Origin: Phycisphaerae bacterium
GTDB taxonomy: Bacteria; Planctomycetota; Phycisphaerae; Phycisphaerales; SM1A02
Direction of reading: 5' to 3'
DNA length: 64,000 nt
Assembly: GCA_016795065.1 (NCBI GenBank)
Contig: JAEUIU010000062.1
Location: 35,712-99,711, forward strand
The notes beneath the pieces were generated by a model that worked only from the letters and a program-made list of their open reading frames with translations, ran no database searches and had not been told where the DNA came from. Shown here in pieces: positions 42,694 to 52,422 of this stretch (within the stretch, counting starts at the first letter, position 1; the number at the start of each line of letters is the position of its first letter). The translations under genes and the position numbers were made by a program.

Positions 42694-45474
42694 TCAGCTA
42701 CCCGTCCATGCACCTAGGAGGATCGCGAGGTCGCTTCCTCCGATCGTGCCGTCACCGTCGAGGTCGGCTGCCCCTCCCGTTCCTCCCCACGCTCCGAGGA
42801 GGGTGGCGAGGTCGGCGCCGGCGACGATGCCGTCACCGTCAAGGTCACCGGTGATGAAGCAGGGCGGGTTCTCGGCTCCCGGCGTGTCGGCCCCACCCAC
42901 GAGCGGTGTCGGCCCAATACGCCAGTTTCCGTTCGGCACGCAGCGGAAGATGTGAGGAGGCAGCATCCCGTTCACCTGCGGTCCGACCGGCAGTCCGCAG
43001 CTCGGCACCGCGGGATTCGGTGCGGCGTCCACGAGCGTGACGCAGTCGAGCGAGCAGTCCCACGGGATGGTCTCGAGGACTCCGTCGTTGTTGACGTCGA
43101 GGTCTCCGCCCGGCGGCAACGTGATGCCGCTGCATGAGCACACCAGCATGTGCACGCGATCGCCGACTTCGAGGAAGTTGAGTTCCTCGACCATGTCGGG
43201 CACGACGCCCCACACGGGAATCGGGGAGACCTGACCGCAGAGGAATCGGCCGCTCGGCGGAATGGCGTGTCCTGCAAGGTTCACCACGTCGTCGACGATT
43301 CCCCCTGGTCCGATGACGATGTAGAAGTAGCAATCCAGAGGCATGCCTGGCGTACCGCCCAACTCGAAGAACTCGTTCCACTGCGGGGGACCGCCTGGAT
43401 GGGCGACGCGAATCTCGTCGATCCGGATCGGTGCGTCACAGCACGCCGGCGGTCCGCCCGAGGCCAGCACCGCGAACTCGACGCACGCCGTTGCAGACAT
43501 GCCGTGGCTGTCGGTGCCTTCGACGCAGATCTGGTGCACACCCACCGTGAGATTCTCCACGGTGATCGACTGTCCCAGTCCCAGCGGACCGTCGATCGAC
43601 GAGGTCCAGAGGACCGCTGTGTCTTCCAAGAGACCGCCATCCTCCATGTCCGTCGCCGAGCATTCGAAGTGGAACACCCGCCCCGTTGCCCGATCGCGCG
43701 GCGAGATGATCGCCACGGTCGGCGGCTTCAGCTCGCCAAGCGTGAGCCCATCAATCTCCGCTGTGGTCGTATTGAGGCCGTCGGTGGCCATGAGGCGCAA
43801 CCGCCCTGCGCCCGGAAGGCTGCCGGGCATCGAGATGGTGTCGAGTGTCACGCTGAACGGTTCGCCCATGCCAAGGTCAATCGGCACCCAACTCTGGCCG
43901 TCGTTCCACGACCAGAAGAGGAGCGTGTCGACGGGGTCGCCGTCCTGGTCGGCAACGGCCCAGGTGACAGGAATCCCGTTGCTGATTGACGCCCCGCTGT
44001 CGATGTTCATGAACACGGCGGTCGGCGCGTTCGGCGAACGCAATCGTTGGGCGAGCACCCGGCCGCTCGTCGCATCGACGATCTCGATGCGGTCCGCGAC
44101 CCAGCCGCCGTAGGTGATGTGTAGCGTGCCGGCGAGCACCTCCTTCCTGCTTCCGGGGCCGTCAGGGGCGAGTTCCACGGTCCTCGTCCCGATCTCGTCC
44201 ACCAACACGCCGCCGTCGAAGGCGCGCAGGAAGTACTTGAGGTCCTTGAAGCTCGCGCTTCCCACGCCGCCGCTGTACTCAAAGAGCGGGTTGATCGACC
44301 ACGCGCCGTTCTCGAATCCGGCCCACACATCGACGTAGAACCAGATCGCGTCGTCGCCGCCTGCGGGGCGATCCCCGCTGTCGCAGGCAAGTCGCTCGTG
44401 CTGCAGCACGTGGCTGTACTCATCGACGCCGACGAAGGCCTCGTCGGAGGTGAGTGCGGGCCACATGATCCCCGCAAGCGACTGGTCCTGGACGATCGAG
44501 CGGTCCAGCAGCCGGCGCACGTCGGTTCCGTGCCAACCTAGCGTTTCGTTCGCATGGTCGAGCCCGAAGTTGTGTCCGAGCTCGTGGGCAAAGGTCCGCT
44601 GGAAGCGCGAGTTCTCGGTGTTGCCGAACGCGACATGGCCATTGACCTGACCCAGTCCGTTTCCGTTCAGGTCTCCCGGGAACCATGCGTACACGTTGTC
44701 AGTCACCGGGTCCCCGCCCAGCCGGGCCGAGGCGTTCACGATGTTCCTGACGGCCGAGTACTTGCCGAGAAGCTCCGACGCATCGAGGTCGGATCCGACA
44801 CCCGGATCGTCGACGCTAGAGGTCACCCGGATCGTCGGCCACTGGACGTATTCGAGTTCGGGAATGGGGTAGATCGCCCGCACAAACAACTCGCCGGATC
44901 CCGCGCCGACCTTGCCGCCGCTGGGTGCCCCTTCCGCGAGGTAGTTGACGCGGCTGTAGGCGATCCTCTGGCCGCGACGGCATTCGAAGGTCTCGTTCCA
45001 CTCGAGGACGTTGTTCGTCTCGTTGGTCTCGGCGACTAGGTCGTCAGGATCAAGCTCTACCCGACATACGGCGATGTCGGTGTCGACCCTCACCCAGAAG
45101 TTGATCGTGCCATCGAAGACATCGGGACCCTTGGCCGAGTCGAGCGTCATCGGGTCGTCGTTGGTCTGAGTGTAGGTCGTGCCGTTGATGGTGAGCGTCG
45201 CCGAGACATTCGGGACGGTCGGATGCGCCGCCATGTTCCACGACACGTAGACGCGCACCATGGCTGCCCGGCCTTCGACCAACGGAATGGACGGCGCTTC
45301 GGTCTGGATCGCCTGACTGAATTCAACGTGGTCGATCTGAAGGTCGAGTCCGCCGCCACCGCGCGGGGCGGCGTCGGCCGGCGTTGTCGTTGCGCATGCG
45401 ACCGAACCGAGGACGACGAATCCAAGGGCGTGCGACAGCCGCCCCCCGTCCGGTCGGGAAATCCTGTGCTTCAT
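42694..45474 (-). CDS. Secreted zinc metalloprotease-like protein (HExxHxxGxxH) with CARDB-like and Ig-like regions and a C-terminal dockerin-like double repeat
   Basis: Signal peptide (LGFVVLGSVACATTTPADA), a CARDB-like ETNETNNVLEWNETFEC segment, and the metzincin-type motif FAHELGHNFGLDH. C-terminus GDLDGDGIVAGADLATLLGAWGG...DLDGDGTIGGSDLAILLGAWTGS. Confidence 0.7.
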   Translation of the reverse strand: MKHRISRPDGGRLSHALGFVVLGSVACATTTPADAAPRGGGGLDLQIDHVEFSQAIQTEAPSIPLVEGRAAMVRVYVSWNMAAHPTVPNVSATLTINGTTYTQTNDDPMTLDSAKGPDVFDGTINFWVRVDTDIAVCRVELDPDDLVAETNETNNVLEWNETFECRRGQRIAYSRVNYLAEGAPSGGKVGAGSGELFVRAIYPIPELEYVQWPTIRVTSSVDDPGVGSDLDASELLGKYSAVRNIVNASARLGGDPVTDNVYAWFPGDLNGNGLGQVNGHVAFGNTENSRFQRTFAHELGHNFGLDHANETLGWHGTDVRRLLDRSIVQDQSLAGIMWPALTSDEAFVGVDEYSHVLQHERLACDSGDRPAGGDDAIWFYVDVWAGFENGAWSINPLFEYSGGVGSASFKDLKYFLRAFDGGVLVDEIGTRTVELAPDGPGSRKEVLAGTLHITYGGWVADRIEIVDATSGRVLAQRLRSPNAPTAVFMNIDSGASISNGIPVTWAVADQDGDPVDTLLFWSWNDGQSWVPIDLGMGEPFSVTLDTISMPGSLPGAGRLRLMATDGLNTTTAEIDGLTLGELKPPTVAIISPRDRATGRVFHFECSATDMEDGGLLEDTAVLWTSSIDGPLGLGQSITVENLTVGVHQICVEGTDSHGMSATACVEFAVLASGGPPACCDAPIRIDEIRVAHPGGPPQWNEFFELGGTPGMPLDCYFYIVIGPGGIVDDVVNLAGHAIPPSGRFLCGQVSPIPVWGVVPDMVEELNFLEVGDRVHMLVCSCSGITLPPGGDLDVNNDGVLETIPWDCSLDCVTLVDAAPNPAVPSCGLPVGPQVNGMLPPHIFRCVPNGNWRIGPTPLVGGADTPGAENPPCFITGDLDGDGIVAGADLATLLGAWGGTGGAADLDGDGTIGGSDLAILLGAWTGS

Positions 45475-45666
45475 GATGGTCTCCTAGGCGTTGGCCCGCG
45501 GTTCCTCGCCGGCCACGAACCGAACACAAACCGGTCCGTTCGCCGCTCGACCTCGGGCCGCCACTCCATTGCCCGAGTCAGGCGCGATCTGCCGCGCCTC
45601 CTCGCGCAATTTGAAGTTCTTCGGCCGAAGGCGCGCCGCCCGCGGGAGAGCTCGCTTCATGCCAGA

Positions 45667-47514
45667 TCAGCGCAACGTCGCTGCGTCGACGGCCGCCTGC
45701 CGATCCTCGGCTGACCCACTGCGGGCGGCAACGGCGTTCCAGGCTTGCTCCGCACGCTGGAATAGGAACCAAGAGGGTCTTTCCTCCGCCCGGGCTCCGC
45801 TCTCGGAGAAAAGCTCCCGAGCCGCCCGCAGAGCCGTCGCCGCCTCATCGCGTGCCTTGGCGACCTCTCCTTGGGCCGCGAGAAGGAGCGCTCGTGTGCT
45901 GTGGAACTCGGAGACGATGAGTTGCTGGCGAGCCCGCCGCTCGTCAAGCATCGGGGCTTCGACACCGCCGAGCAGGCTGGCCGCGTCCGAGAGTCGCTGC
46001 TGCCCTACCCTGATTCGGGCGAGGCGAATCGTCGAGATGATCTCACCCCGCCGAACGCGTCCCTTGGCGCGTGGCGCAGCGGGCATGACCTCCGGCTCGA
46101 TGAGCGCTGCGGCCGCATCGAAGTTACCAAGCGCCTCCTCGACGAGCGAGAGGTTACTCGCCGTACGCGAGCGGCCGCTTTCGCTCGCTGACTCCCCGCG
46201 AAGGCGATCGCCTGCCTCGACCAGATCCGCGTAGGAATCGAAGACCAGATCCGGCGAGAGGGCGATGATCGAAGCTCGCTTGAGCGCGGCCGGGCTTGGC
46301 GCGGGCGGCCGTGAGTTCGATGCCGTCGACGCAAGGACGGCAAGACCCACCATGAGGAGGCCAAGACCGGCGGCGGCCACGAATCGCCGGCGGTTCAGGA
46401 TCCCCTGCCCTCGGCGCCGAATGGCCGTCGCCGGCACCGTGAGCGCCTCGGCAACGACGGCTGCCTGTGGGCGCTTCGCCGGCGCTTGCGACAGGAGGGC
46501 ATCGAGTAGGCTCGCCACCGCCAGCGAGAGGGTCGGCATTCGCTCGCGCAGCGTCCATCGCGGCGGGCGAGAGGCCGCCCGCGCCGCTTCGGCCCATCCG
46601 ACCCGGCGCACTTCAAGATGGGGATGCTCACCCACAAGTAGTTCGCTCGCGACGACGCCAAGGGCGAAGAGGTCGCTTGCCTCGTCGACCGCACCGCCAT
46701 CAAAGCGTTCGGGACTGAGGTAGGCCGGCGTTCCGCGAATCGAACATGTCAGGTCGATAGCACCCGCTTCGAGACTGCGAGCCAGTCCGAAATCAACCAG
46801 CTTCACCGAGTGGTCGGCTCCAATGAGGATGTTGCGAGGCTTGACATCGCCGTGGGCAATGCCGTGGCTATGACAGTGGGCGAGCACCGCTGCAAGCTCC
46901 CGCACAATGGTCAGCCGGGCGATAGGCGACAGGGAGGGCGCGACCAGGTCGAGGGGCTCCCCATCGCAGTATTCCATGGCCATGAATGGCTCACCCTGGC
47001 GAGTCGAGCCGACCGCGAACACCACCGGGAGCCCGGGATGTCGATGCCGAGCGAGAATCGAGGCACTTTCGGCGAATCGACTCTCATCCCGCGAACGGGG
47101 CCCGTCACCGCGTGGCTCGCGTAACACCCGAATCGCCACCCGTCGATGGGGCCGAAGCTCGACCGCCTCGAAGACCCGCGCCGAGCCGCCCTCGCCGATG
47201 AGCCGAACGATGCGGAAGCCCTCGATCACAGGCCATCGAGCTGGCCATGGCACTGGCCCATCGGCCACAGCTCGCACACTCGCCCGCAATGCGGCGATGT
47301 GGTCGGGGAGTTCAGTCCGCAGCGACGCGAGGAGACGCTCATCGGTGCCCGACTCCTCGGCCCGCGCGGCGCAGGCCGTGCATCGTCGGAGGTGATCATG
47401 TGCCGCCTGCGAGGCGTCGCCCCGAAGATCCTCGGCGATGAGTCGCTCCAATGTCTCGTCGTCGAGGCATGACTCGATGAGCGGCGGCGAGTTGTCCAGC
47501 CGCGGGGGCGTCAA
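45667..47514 (-). CDS. Fusion protein: N-terminal zf-HC2 (ZAS) anti-sigma domain + Ser/Thr kinase + TM + helical-repeat sensor domain
   Basis: N-terminus SCLDDETLERLIAEDLRGDASQAAHDHLRRCTAC (C...H-x3-C-x2-C). Kinase motifs GEGGSARVFEA, VAIRVL, HGDVKPRNILI, DFGLAR, YLSPE. TM (FVAAAGLGLLMVGLAVLAS), then a helical TPR-like C-terminus. The TTG start overlaps the sigma stop (TTGA). Confidence 0.8.
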   Translation of the reverse strand: MTPPRLDNSPPLIESCLDDETLERLIAEDLRGDASQAAHDHLRRCTACAARAEESGTDERLLASLRTELPDHIAALRASVRAVADGPVPWPARWPVIEGFRIVRLIGEGGSARVFEAVELRPHRRVAIRVLREPRGDGPRSRDESRFAESASILARHRHPGLPVVFAVGSTRQGEPFMAMEYCDGEPLDLVAPSLSPIARLTIVRELAAVLAHCHSHGIAHGDVKPRNILIGADHSVKLVDFGLARSLEAGAIDLTCSIRGTPAYLSPERFDGGAVDEASDLFALGVVASELLVGEHPHLEVRRVGWAEAARAASRPPRWTLRERMPTLSLAVASLLDALLSQAPAKRPQAAVVAEALTVPATAIRRRGQGILNRRRFVAAAGLGLLMVGLAVLASTASNSRPPAPSPAALKRASIIALSPDLVFDSYADLVEAGDRLRGESASESGRSRTASNLSLVEEALGNFDAAAALIEPEVMPAAPRAKGRVRRGEIISTIRLARIRVGQQRLSDAASLLGGVEAPMLDERRARQQLIVSEFHSTRALLLAAQGEVAKARDEAATALRAARELFSESGARAEERPSWFLFQRAEQAWNAVAARSGSAEDRQAAVDAATLR

Positions 47515-48083
47515 TAGAGGTTCTCCAACTCGCTCCGCACCTCTCGCAGGCGGGTCATGATGCGCCGCTTCGCCCCGTAGACGGCGTTCTCGGTGATGCC
47601 CAAGGACTCGGCCACCGCTTTCGACGGGACGCCCGCCAAGGCAAAGAGCTCAAACGCCTCGAAGGTGGCCGGGTCGACGTCAGCCTTCACCCGCGCGAGC
47701 GCTGCCAGCAGAAGTTCCCGTTGCCAGGCCGCCTCCCACAACGAGCCGACATCGGAGGGTCCCGACTCGGCGTCCTCCGTGAGGGAAAGGAGCCGCCGCT
47801 CCGGATCGCGCCGAAGTCGCCCCACGCGATGGCGAGCGATTCCGAAGAGCCAGTCGCGAAGGCGCCCCCGATCACGCTGGTACTTGCCTTCGCTGTAGCT
47901 ACGGTAAAACTCAAGCAGGACCGACTGGGCGACGTCGCGTGCCTCCTCAGAGCTCAGGCCACACCGTTCGGCGAAAGACTCGATCAGCGGTCGATAGCGA
48001 CCGACGAACGCGCCCCATGCCCCGGCCTCGGGGTCGAAGAGCGCGTTCAGCAGTTCGGTGCTGGTCGCGGTCGTCGCCGACAT
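47511..48083 (-). CDS. ECF-family RNA polymerase sigma factor
   Basis: Region 2 (RYRPLIESFAERCGLSSEEARDVAQSVLLEFY, WLFGIARHRV) and region 4 (FELFALAGVPSKAVAESLGITENAVYGAKRRIMTRL). ATG 48083 is in frame in ORF 47511..48146. Confidence 0.8.
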   Translation of the reverse strand: MSATTATSTELLNALFDPEAGAWGAFVGRYRPLIESFAERCGLSSEEARDVAQSVLLEFYRSYSEGKYQRDRGRLRDWLFGIARHRVGRLRRDPERRLLSLTEDAESGPSDVGSLWEAAWQRELLLAALARVKADVDPATFEAFELFALAGVPSKAVAESLGITENAVYGAKRRIMTRLREVRSELENLY

Positions 48084-48248
48084 GCCCACTCCATTCTCGG
48101 GGCTCTTTGAGGCGCCGCCACGTCCGCGTTCGCCCACGATCTCCAACGATCGTAATCAGAAGGTCCTCGAAGGCAAATGGTTCGCCCGGAAGTCGGCCTC
48201 AACGGCGCGGGAGGTCCCCGGGAGGTCGTCCGATACGCGGCGAATGCC

Positions 48249-49331
48249 TCACCCGATCACGGAGGGCTGGAAGTCCCGCCGAAACTCCAGATTCGGCCGC
48301 CGGCTTGCCTTCGCATCCACCGCTTCACTTCGCCAGACACCGATCCAGCGGTTGGGCTCGATCTCGTGGAGCGCGTAGTCCGGCTTGCCGGCCACCGTTG
48401 CGGGCTTCACGCTGGCCGGCGTGTCCGGCCACCAGGGGACGATGCCGTCGCGGAAGCCGGGGAGTTTCGCGAACTCCGAGGGAGAGCGGACCACTTCCTC
48501 GACGGTCGTGAGCCGGTGCTTGGGATCGTGCAGGGTCGGAATCGAGTTGAACAGGCCGCGCGTGTAAGGGTGCAGCGGCCGATCAAAGAGCTCGAAGACG
48601 TTGGCGTACTCGACCACCCGGCCGGCGTACATCACGCAGACGACATCGGCGTTCTCGGCGACGACGCCGAGGTTGTGGGTGATGAGCATGATGCCCATGT
48701 CCCGGGTGCGCTGAAGTTCGCGCAGGAGTTCAAGAATCTGGGCCTGGATGGTCACGTCCAGCGCCGTCGTCGGCTCATCGGCAAGCAGGAGTTTCGGCTG
48801 GCACGCGAGGGCCATGGCGATCATCACCCGTTGCCGCATGCCGCCGGAGAACTGGTGCGGGTAGGCCCGAATGCGCTCCTCGGCCCGCGGAATGCCGACG
48901 TCCTTCATGGCCTGCACCGCGATCTCGCGGGCCTGTCGCGACGAGACTTTTTGGTGAAGCTGGATCGCCTCGATGATCTGGGCCCCGACCGTGTAGACCG
49001 GATTGAGCGAGGTCATCGGCTCCTGGAAGATCATCGCGATCTTCCCGCCGCGCACGTCGAGCATCTCGCGCTCGCTCAATGCGAGGAGATCGCGCCCCTC
49101 GAAGCGAATAGCACCGCGGTCGTAACGACCGGGCGGGCGCGGCACGAGTTGCATCGTGCTGAGAGCGGTGACGCTCTTGCCGCAACCGCTCTCGCCGACC
49201 ACCGCAAGCGTCTGCCGCGGATGGACGGTCATGTGGACGCCGGCAACCGCCTGGATGCGCGGCGAGCCAGCCGCGCCGGAGTTGGCGAAGGAGACAGCCA
49301 GATCGTCGACGTCCAGAAGCGGTTCGCTCAC
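48249..49331 (-). CDS. Oligopeptide/dipeptide ABC transporter ATP-binding protein (OppD/DppD type)
   Basis: Walker A GESGCGKS, signature [15 protein letters not shown], Walker [13 protein letters not shown], and the C-terminal oligo_HPY-like segment HPYTRGL. Confidence 0.92.
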   Translation of the reverse strand: MSEPLLDVDDLAVSFANSGAAGSPRIQAVAGVHMTVHPRQTLAVVGESGCGKSVTALSTMQLVPRPPGRYDRGAIRFEGRDLLALSEREMLDVRGGKIAMIFQEPMTSLNPVYTVGAQIIEAIQLHQKVSSRQAREIAVQAMKDVGIPRAEERIRAYPHQFSGGMRQRVMIAMALACQPKLLLADEPTTALDVTIQAQILELLRELQRTRDMGIMLITHNLGVVAENADVVCVMYAGRVVEYANVFELFDRPLHPYTRGLFNSIPTLHDPKHRLTTVEEVVRSPSEFAKLPGFRDGIVPWWPDTPASVKPATVAGKPDYALHEIEPNRWIGVWRSEAVDAKASRRPNLEFRRDFQPSVIG

Positions 49332-50848
49332 AAGGCTGCCTTTCTCAGCTTCGGGTCGATCGCGTCACGGAACGCTTCGCCCAGCATGTTGTAGCTCAAG
49401 ACGGTGAGGAAGATCGCCAGTCCCGGGAAGGTTGCGAGCCACCACTTGAAGAGTCCGGTGGTGCCGGTCGCGCTAGAGAGGAGTTGTCCCCACGAGGCCT
49501 GCCCGTCGGGGCCGAGGCCGAGGAAACTCAGCGTCGCCTCGAAGGTGATCGCGGCGGCGATGGCGAACGATGCGTCGACGAGGACCGGCGTCACACCGTT
49601 GGGCAACATGTGGCGGAAGAGAATCAGCCGAAGTGGCAACCCGACCGCCTTCGCACTCTGGACGAAGTCCTGGTTTCGCAGCTTCAGGAACTCAGCCCGG
49701 ATGAATCGGGCCGAGCCGGTCCAGGTCACGCAGCCGATGATGGCCATCATGACGTAGGTGTTCCGCGGCAGGACGCCGGCGGCGACGATCAGGAGGAAGA
49801 GCACCGGAATCGCCATGAAGGTCTCGACCACGCGGAAGAGGAGAAGGTCCACCTTCCCGCCGAAGTAGCCCATGAGCGAACCGATGGTGACGCCGATGAG
49901 AACGGCGATACCGGTCGAGACGAGCCCGATCGAGATCGAAAGCCGACAGGCGTGGAGCATGCAGGCGAGGACGTCGCGGCCGACGTTGTCGGTGCCGAGC
50001 CAGAAGCGGTGGTCGCCTGCGGGGGCCGTCGCGAGGGCTCGCTCGATGTCGCCGTAGCGCGTGCCTGGGGCAATCAGCGAACGGCCGGTCGAACTTTGGT
50101 CCTGCGACCAGGGAATGAGCGTGTAGACCGATCGGGCGCTGCCGGCGGCCTCGTCGAGGCGGTACTGGTCGAGGTCCCGCACCGGCGTCTTCCAGCGCGC
50201 CGCGATCGAGAAGACGGCGATGGCCGCGACGAGGAACGCCATGAGGACGCGCCAGCGCCGACGATCGAGGGTCGGAATCGCGACCACGAACGGAACGAGC
50301 AGGAGGGCGGCGGAGGTGGCGACGATCCACGGGAAGAGTTCCGCCCGGGCCAAGGCGCGGACCTCATCGACGCGCTCGGGCGAGGCAAACCACGCTGTGC
50401 CAAGCGAGGCCACCGCGAGGGTGAGACCGGCTTGCAGGCCGCTCACCACGATCAGACCGAGCCGCTTCGAACGTCCGAAACTCGCCCAGCGGCCGGGAAG
50501 CGCCATCAGCACGATCGACACGACCGCGCCGGCAATCAGGAGGAGATCCGCCGAGCTGAGCGATTCCCAGAGCGGCGAGTGCGTCGCGACGACGCTCCCA
50601 TCCGGGGCGAGCGTCGAATGGAGCAACGGTCGGCCGTTGGCGATGAGCGGGGCGAAGACTGCCAAGAAGGCGACGATCGAGAGCCAAGCGAGGCCCGCGA
50701 GTGCCGTCGGTCGGCGAAGGACGCGCGACCAGGCGTCTTCCCAGAAGCCCTTGGCTAGAGCGCGATTGGCCGCGTCGACCGCTCGCAGAGCATCGACGCC
50801 GGAAAGAGTCGGCTCAGGGCCGCTCGGGTGGGAGGCAGCGCGACTCAT
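49328..50848 (-). CDS. OppC/DppC-like ABC permease with extended multi-TM N-terminus
   Basis: [15 protein letters not shown] motif and BPD_transp_1 core ([38 protein letters not shown]). 506 aa. 4-nt overlaps with both neighbours. Confidence 0.85.
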   Translation of the reverse strand: MSRAASHPSGPEPTLSGVDALRAVDAANRALAKGFWEDAWSRVLRRPTALAGLAWLSIVAFLAVFAPLIANGRPLLHSTLAPDGSVVATHSPLWESLSSADLLLIAGAVVSIVLMALPGRWASFGRSKRLGLIVVSGLQAGLTLAVASLGTAWFASPERVDEVRALARAELFPWIVATSAALLLVPFVVAIPTLDRRRWRVLMAFLVAAIAVFSIAARWKTPVRDLDQYRLDEAAGSARSVYTLIPWSQDQSSTGRSLIAPGTRYGDIERALATAPAGDHRFWLGTDNVGRDVLACMLHACRLSISIGLVSTGIAVLIGVTIGSLMGYFGGKVDLLLFRVVETFMAIPVLFLLIVAAGVLPRNTYVMMAIIGCVTWTGSARFIRAEFLKLRNQDFVQSAKAVGLPLRLILFRHMLPNGVTPVLVDASFAIAAAITFEATLSFLGLGPDGQASWGQLLSSATGTTGLFKWWLATFPGLAIFLTVLSYNMLGEAFRDAIDPKLRKAAL

Positions 50849-52401
50849 TCGTAGGTCACCCGCGGATCGGCGGCCGCATAGAGGATGTCTGCAAGGAGAA
50901 GCGCGACCAGGTTCACCGCGGCAACCATCAGGGTGTTGGCGAGAATCAGCTCACGATCGCGGGCGTTGATTGCTTCGAGAAGGAGCGACCCCATCCCGGG
51001 CACCGAGAAGATCCGCTCGATGATCACCGAGCCAGCGAGCATCGACGGGAAAATCGTCACGAACATCGTGATGATCGGAAGCAGGCTGTTGCGGAAGACG
51101 TGACGCAAGGTCACCGTGCCGCGCGGCACACCTTTGGCGATCGCGGTGCGGACGTAATCGGCGCTGAAGTTGTCCAGCATCGCCGCCCGCGTCTGCTTGG
51201 CGAGAATCGCGAAGCCGCCGTAGACGAGGCAAGTCACCGGCAGGCAGATGTGCCAGATCCGATCGAGAAGCCAACCCGGCTCAAAGTTGCCGTCGGGACG
51301 CCAACTCGGGAGATAGGTCCAGCGAACGGCAGCCGCATCGCTCAGTCCGCTCGCCGGAAACGCCCCGAGGTACTGGTCGCTGGCGAGATAGCCGATCATG
51401 AGCGTGCCAGTCCAGACCACTGGCACCGACCAGAGGGCGACGAAGAGGCCACCAGAACCGATGTCAAACCACGAGCCGCGGCGGCTGGCGGCCAGAATGC
51501 CGGTCGGCACGGCAATGAGATAGATGATCGGGAAGGCGATGAAGTTGAGGAGCATCGTCACCGGCAGGGCCCGGCCAATGAGAACGCTGGACGGCTGGCC
51601 CTGGCTGAACGAGACGCCGAGGTCTGGTGCCCCGAGCGAGATCCATCCTGGAATGATCGGGATGCCGGCTTCGGGGAAGGGCTTTGCGGCGAACGCGATT
51701 CGCACCCGGCGGTAGACCTCGAGCGCCCCCACGTAGCGAGTGTGGACCTCGTCAGCGAGCTTCTGGATCGACGCATCCTGAGGCGCTGCGGGGTCGCGTG
51801 CGATCCGCTCGATACGGTCGAAGCGGGCATCCCCCTCGGCGGTGCTGACGCCGGCAATGCCCTTTGTCTGGGCGAAGTCGATGAGTTCGTTGCCCAGGAG
51901 CTTGATCGCTGCCCGATACGCTCCGCGGGCGGTGACGTATTCGGTCTCAAGTCGGCGATAGGCTCGCTGGGCCTCCTCACGCGCCGCATCGCTCACCGGT
52001 TCGACCGTCCCAAGCGCCGCTTCGGCTCTGTCGCGAGCCTCGATCGTTGCATCCGAAAGCGGAAACCACGACAGCATCGGCGGGGCGTCGACCTCGCGCG
52101 GCGTCGACAGCATTGCGCCGGCTGGCGTGCTTTGGTCGCGGGCTCCAAACTTCACCGGAGCGATGCGGGCGAGCCACCGGCCGTACTGGACGAGGACTGG
52201 GTCCTTGATGCCATAGCGGTCCTCGAAATAGGCCTGAATGACCGCGAGTTTGCTGCCTTCCACCTGCGAACCGCCGCCCGCACGCACCGCTCCTGCTCCG
52301 ATCCCGCCTGGAGCCATCGCCAGCAGCAGGAAGATGAGAAAGGTGATCCCGAGAAGCGTCGGGATCATCAGGAGCAGGCGGCGTAGGACGTAGTGAAACA
52401 T
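50845..52401 (-). CDS. OppB/DppB-like ABC permease with ~200-aa insertion in the first periplasmic loop
   Basis: MFHYVLRRLLLMIPTLLGITFLIFLL N-terminus and a conserved core (DYVRTAIAKGVPRGTVTLRHVFRNSLLPIIT). 518 aa. Confidence 0.85.
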   Translation of the reverse strand: MFHYVLRRLLLMIPTLLGITFLIFLLLAMAPGGIGAGAVRAGGGSQVEGSKLAVIQAYFEDRYGIKDPVLVQYGRWLARIAPVKFGARDQSTPAGAMLSTPREVDAPPMLSWFPLSDATIEARDRAEAALGTVEPVSDAAREEAQRAYRRLETEYVTARGAYRAAIKLLGNELIDFAQTKGIAGVSTAEGDARFDRIERIARDPAAPQDASIQKLADEVHTRYVGALEVYRRVRIAFAAKPFPEAGIPIIPGWISLGAPDLGVSFSQGQPSSVLIGRALPVTMLLNFIAFPIIYLIAVPTGILAASRRGSWFDIGSGGLFVALWSVPVVWTGTLMIGYLASDQYLGAFPASGLSDAAAVRWTYLPSWRPDGNFEPGWLLDRIWHICLPVTCLVYGGFAILAKQTRAAMLDNFSADYVRTAIAKGVPRGTVTLRHVFRNSLLPIITMFVTIFPSMLAGSVIIERIFSVPGMGSLLLEAINARDRELILANTLMVAAVNLVALLLADILYAAADPRVTYE

Positions 52402-52422
52402 GAGCGAAGACGGGCTTTCGAC

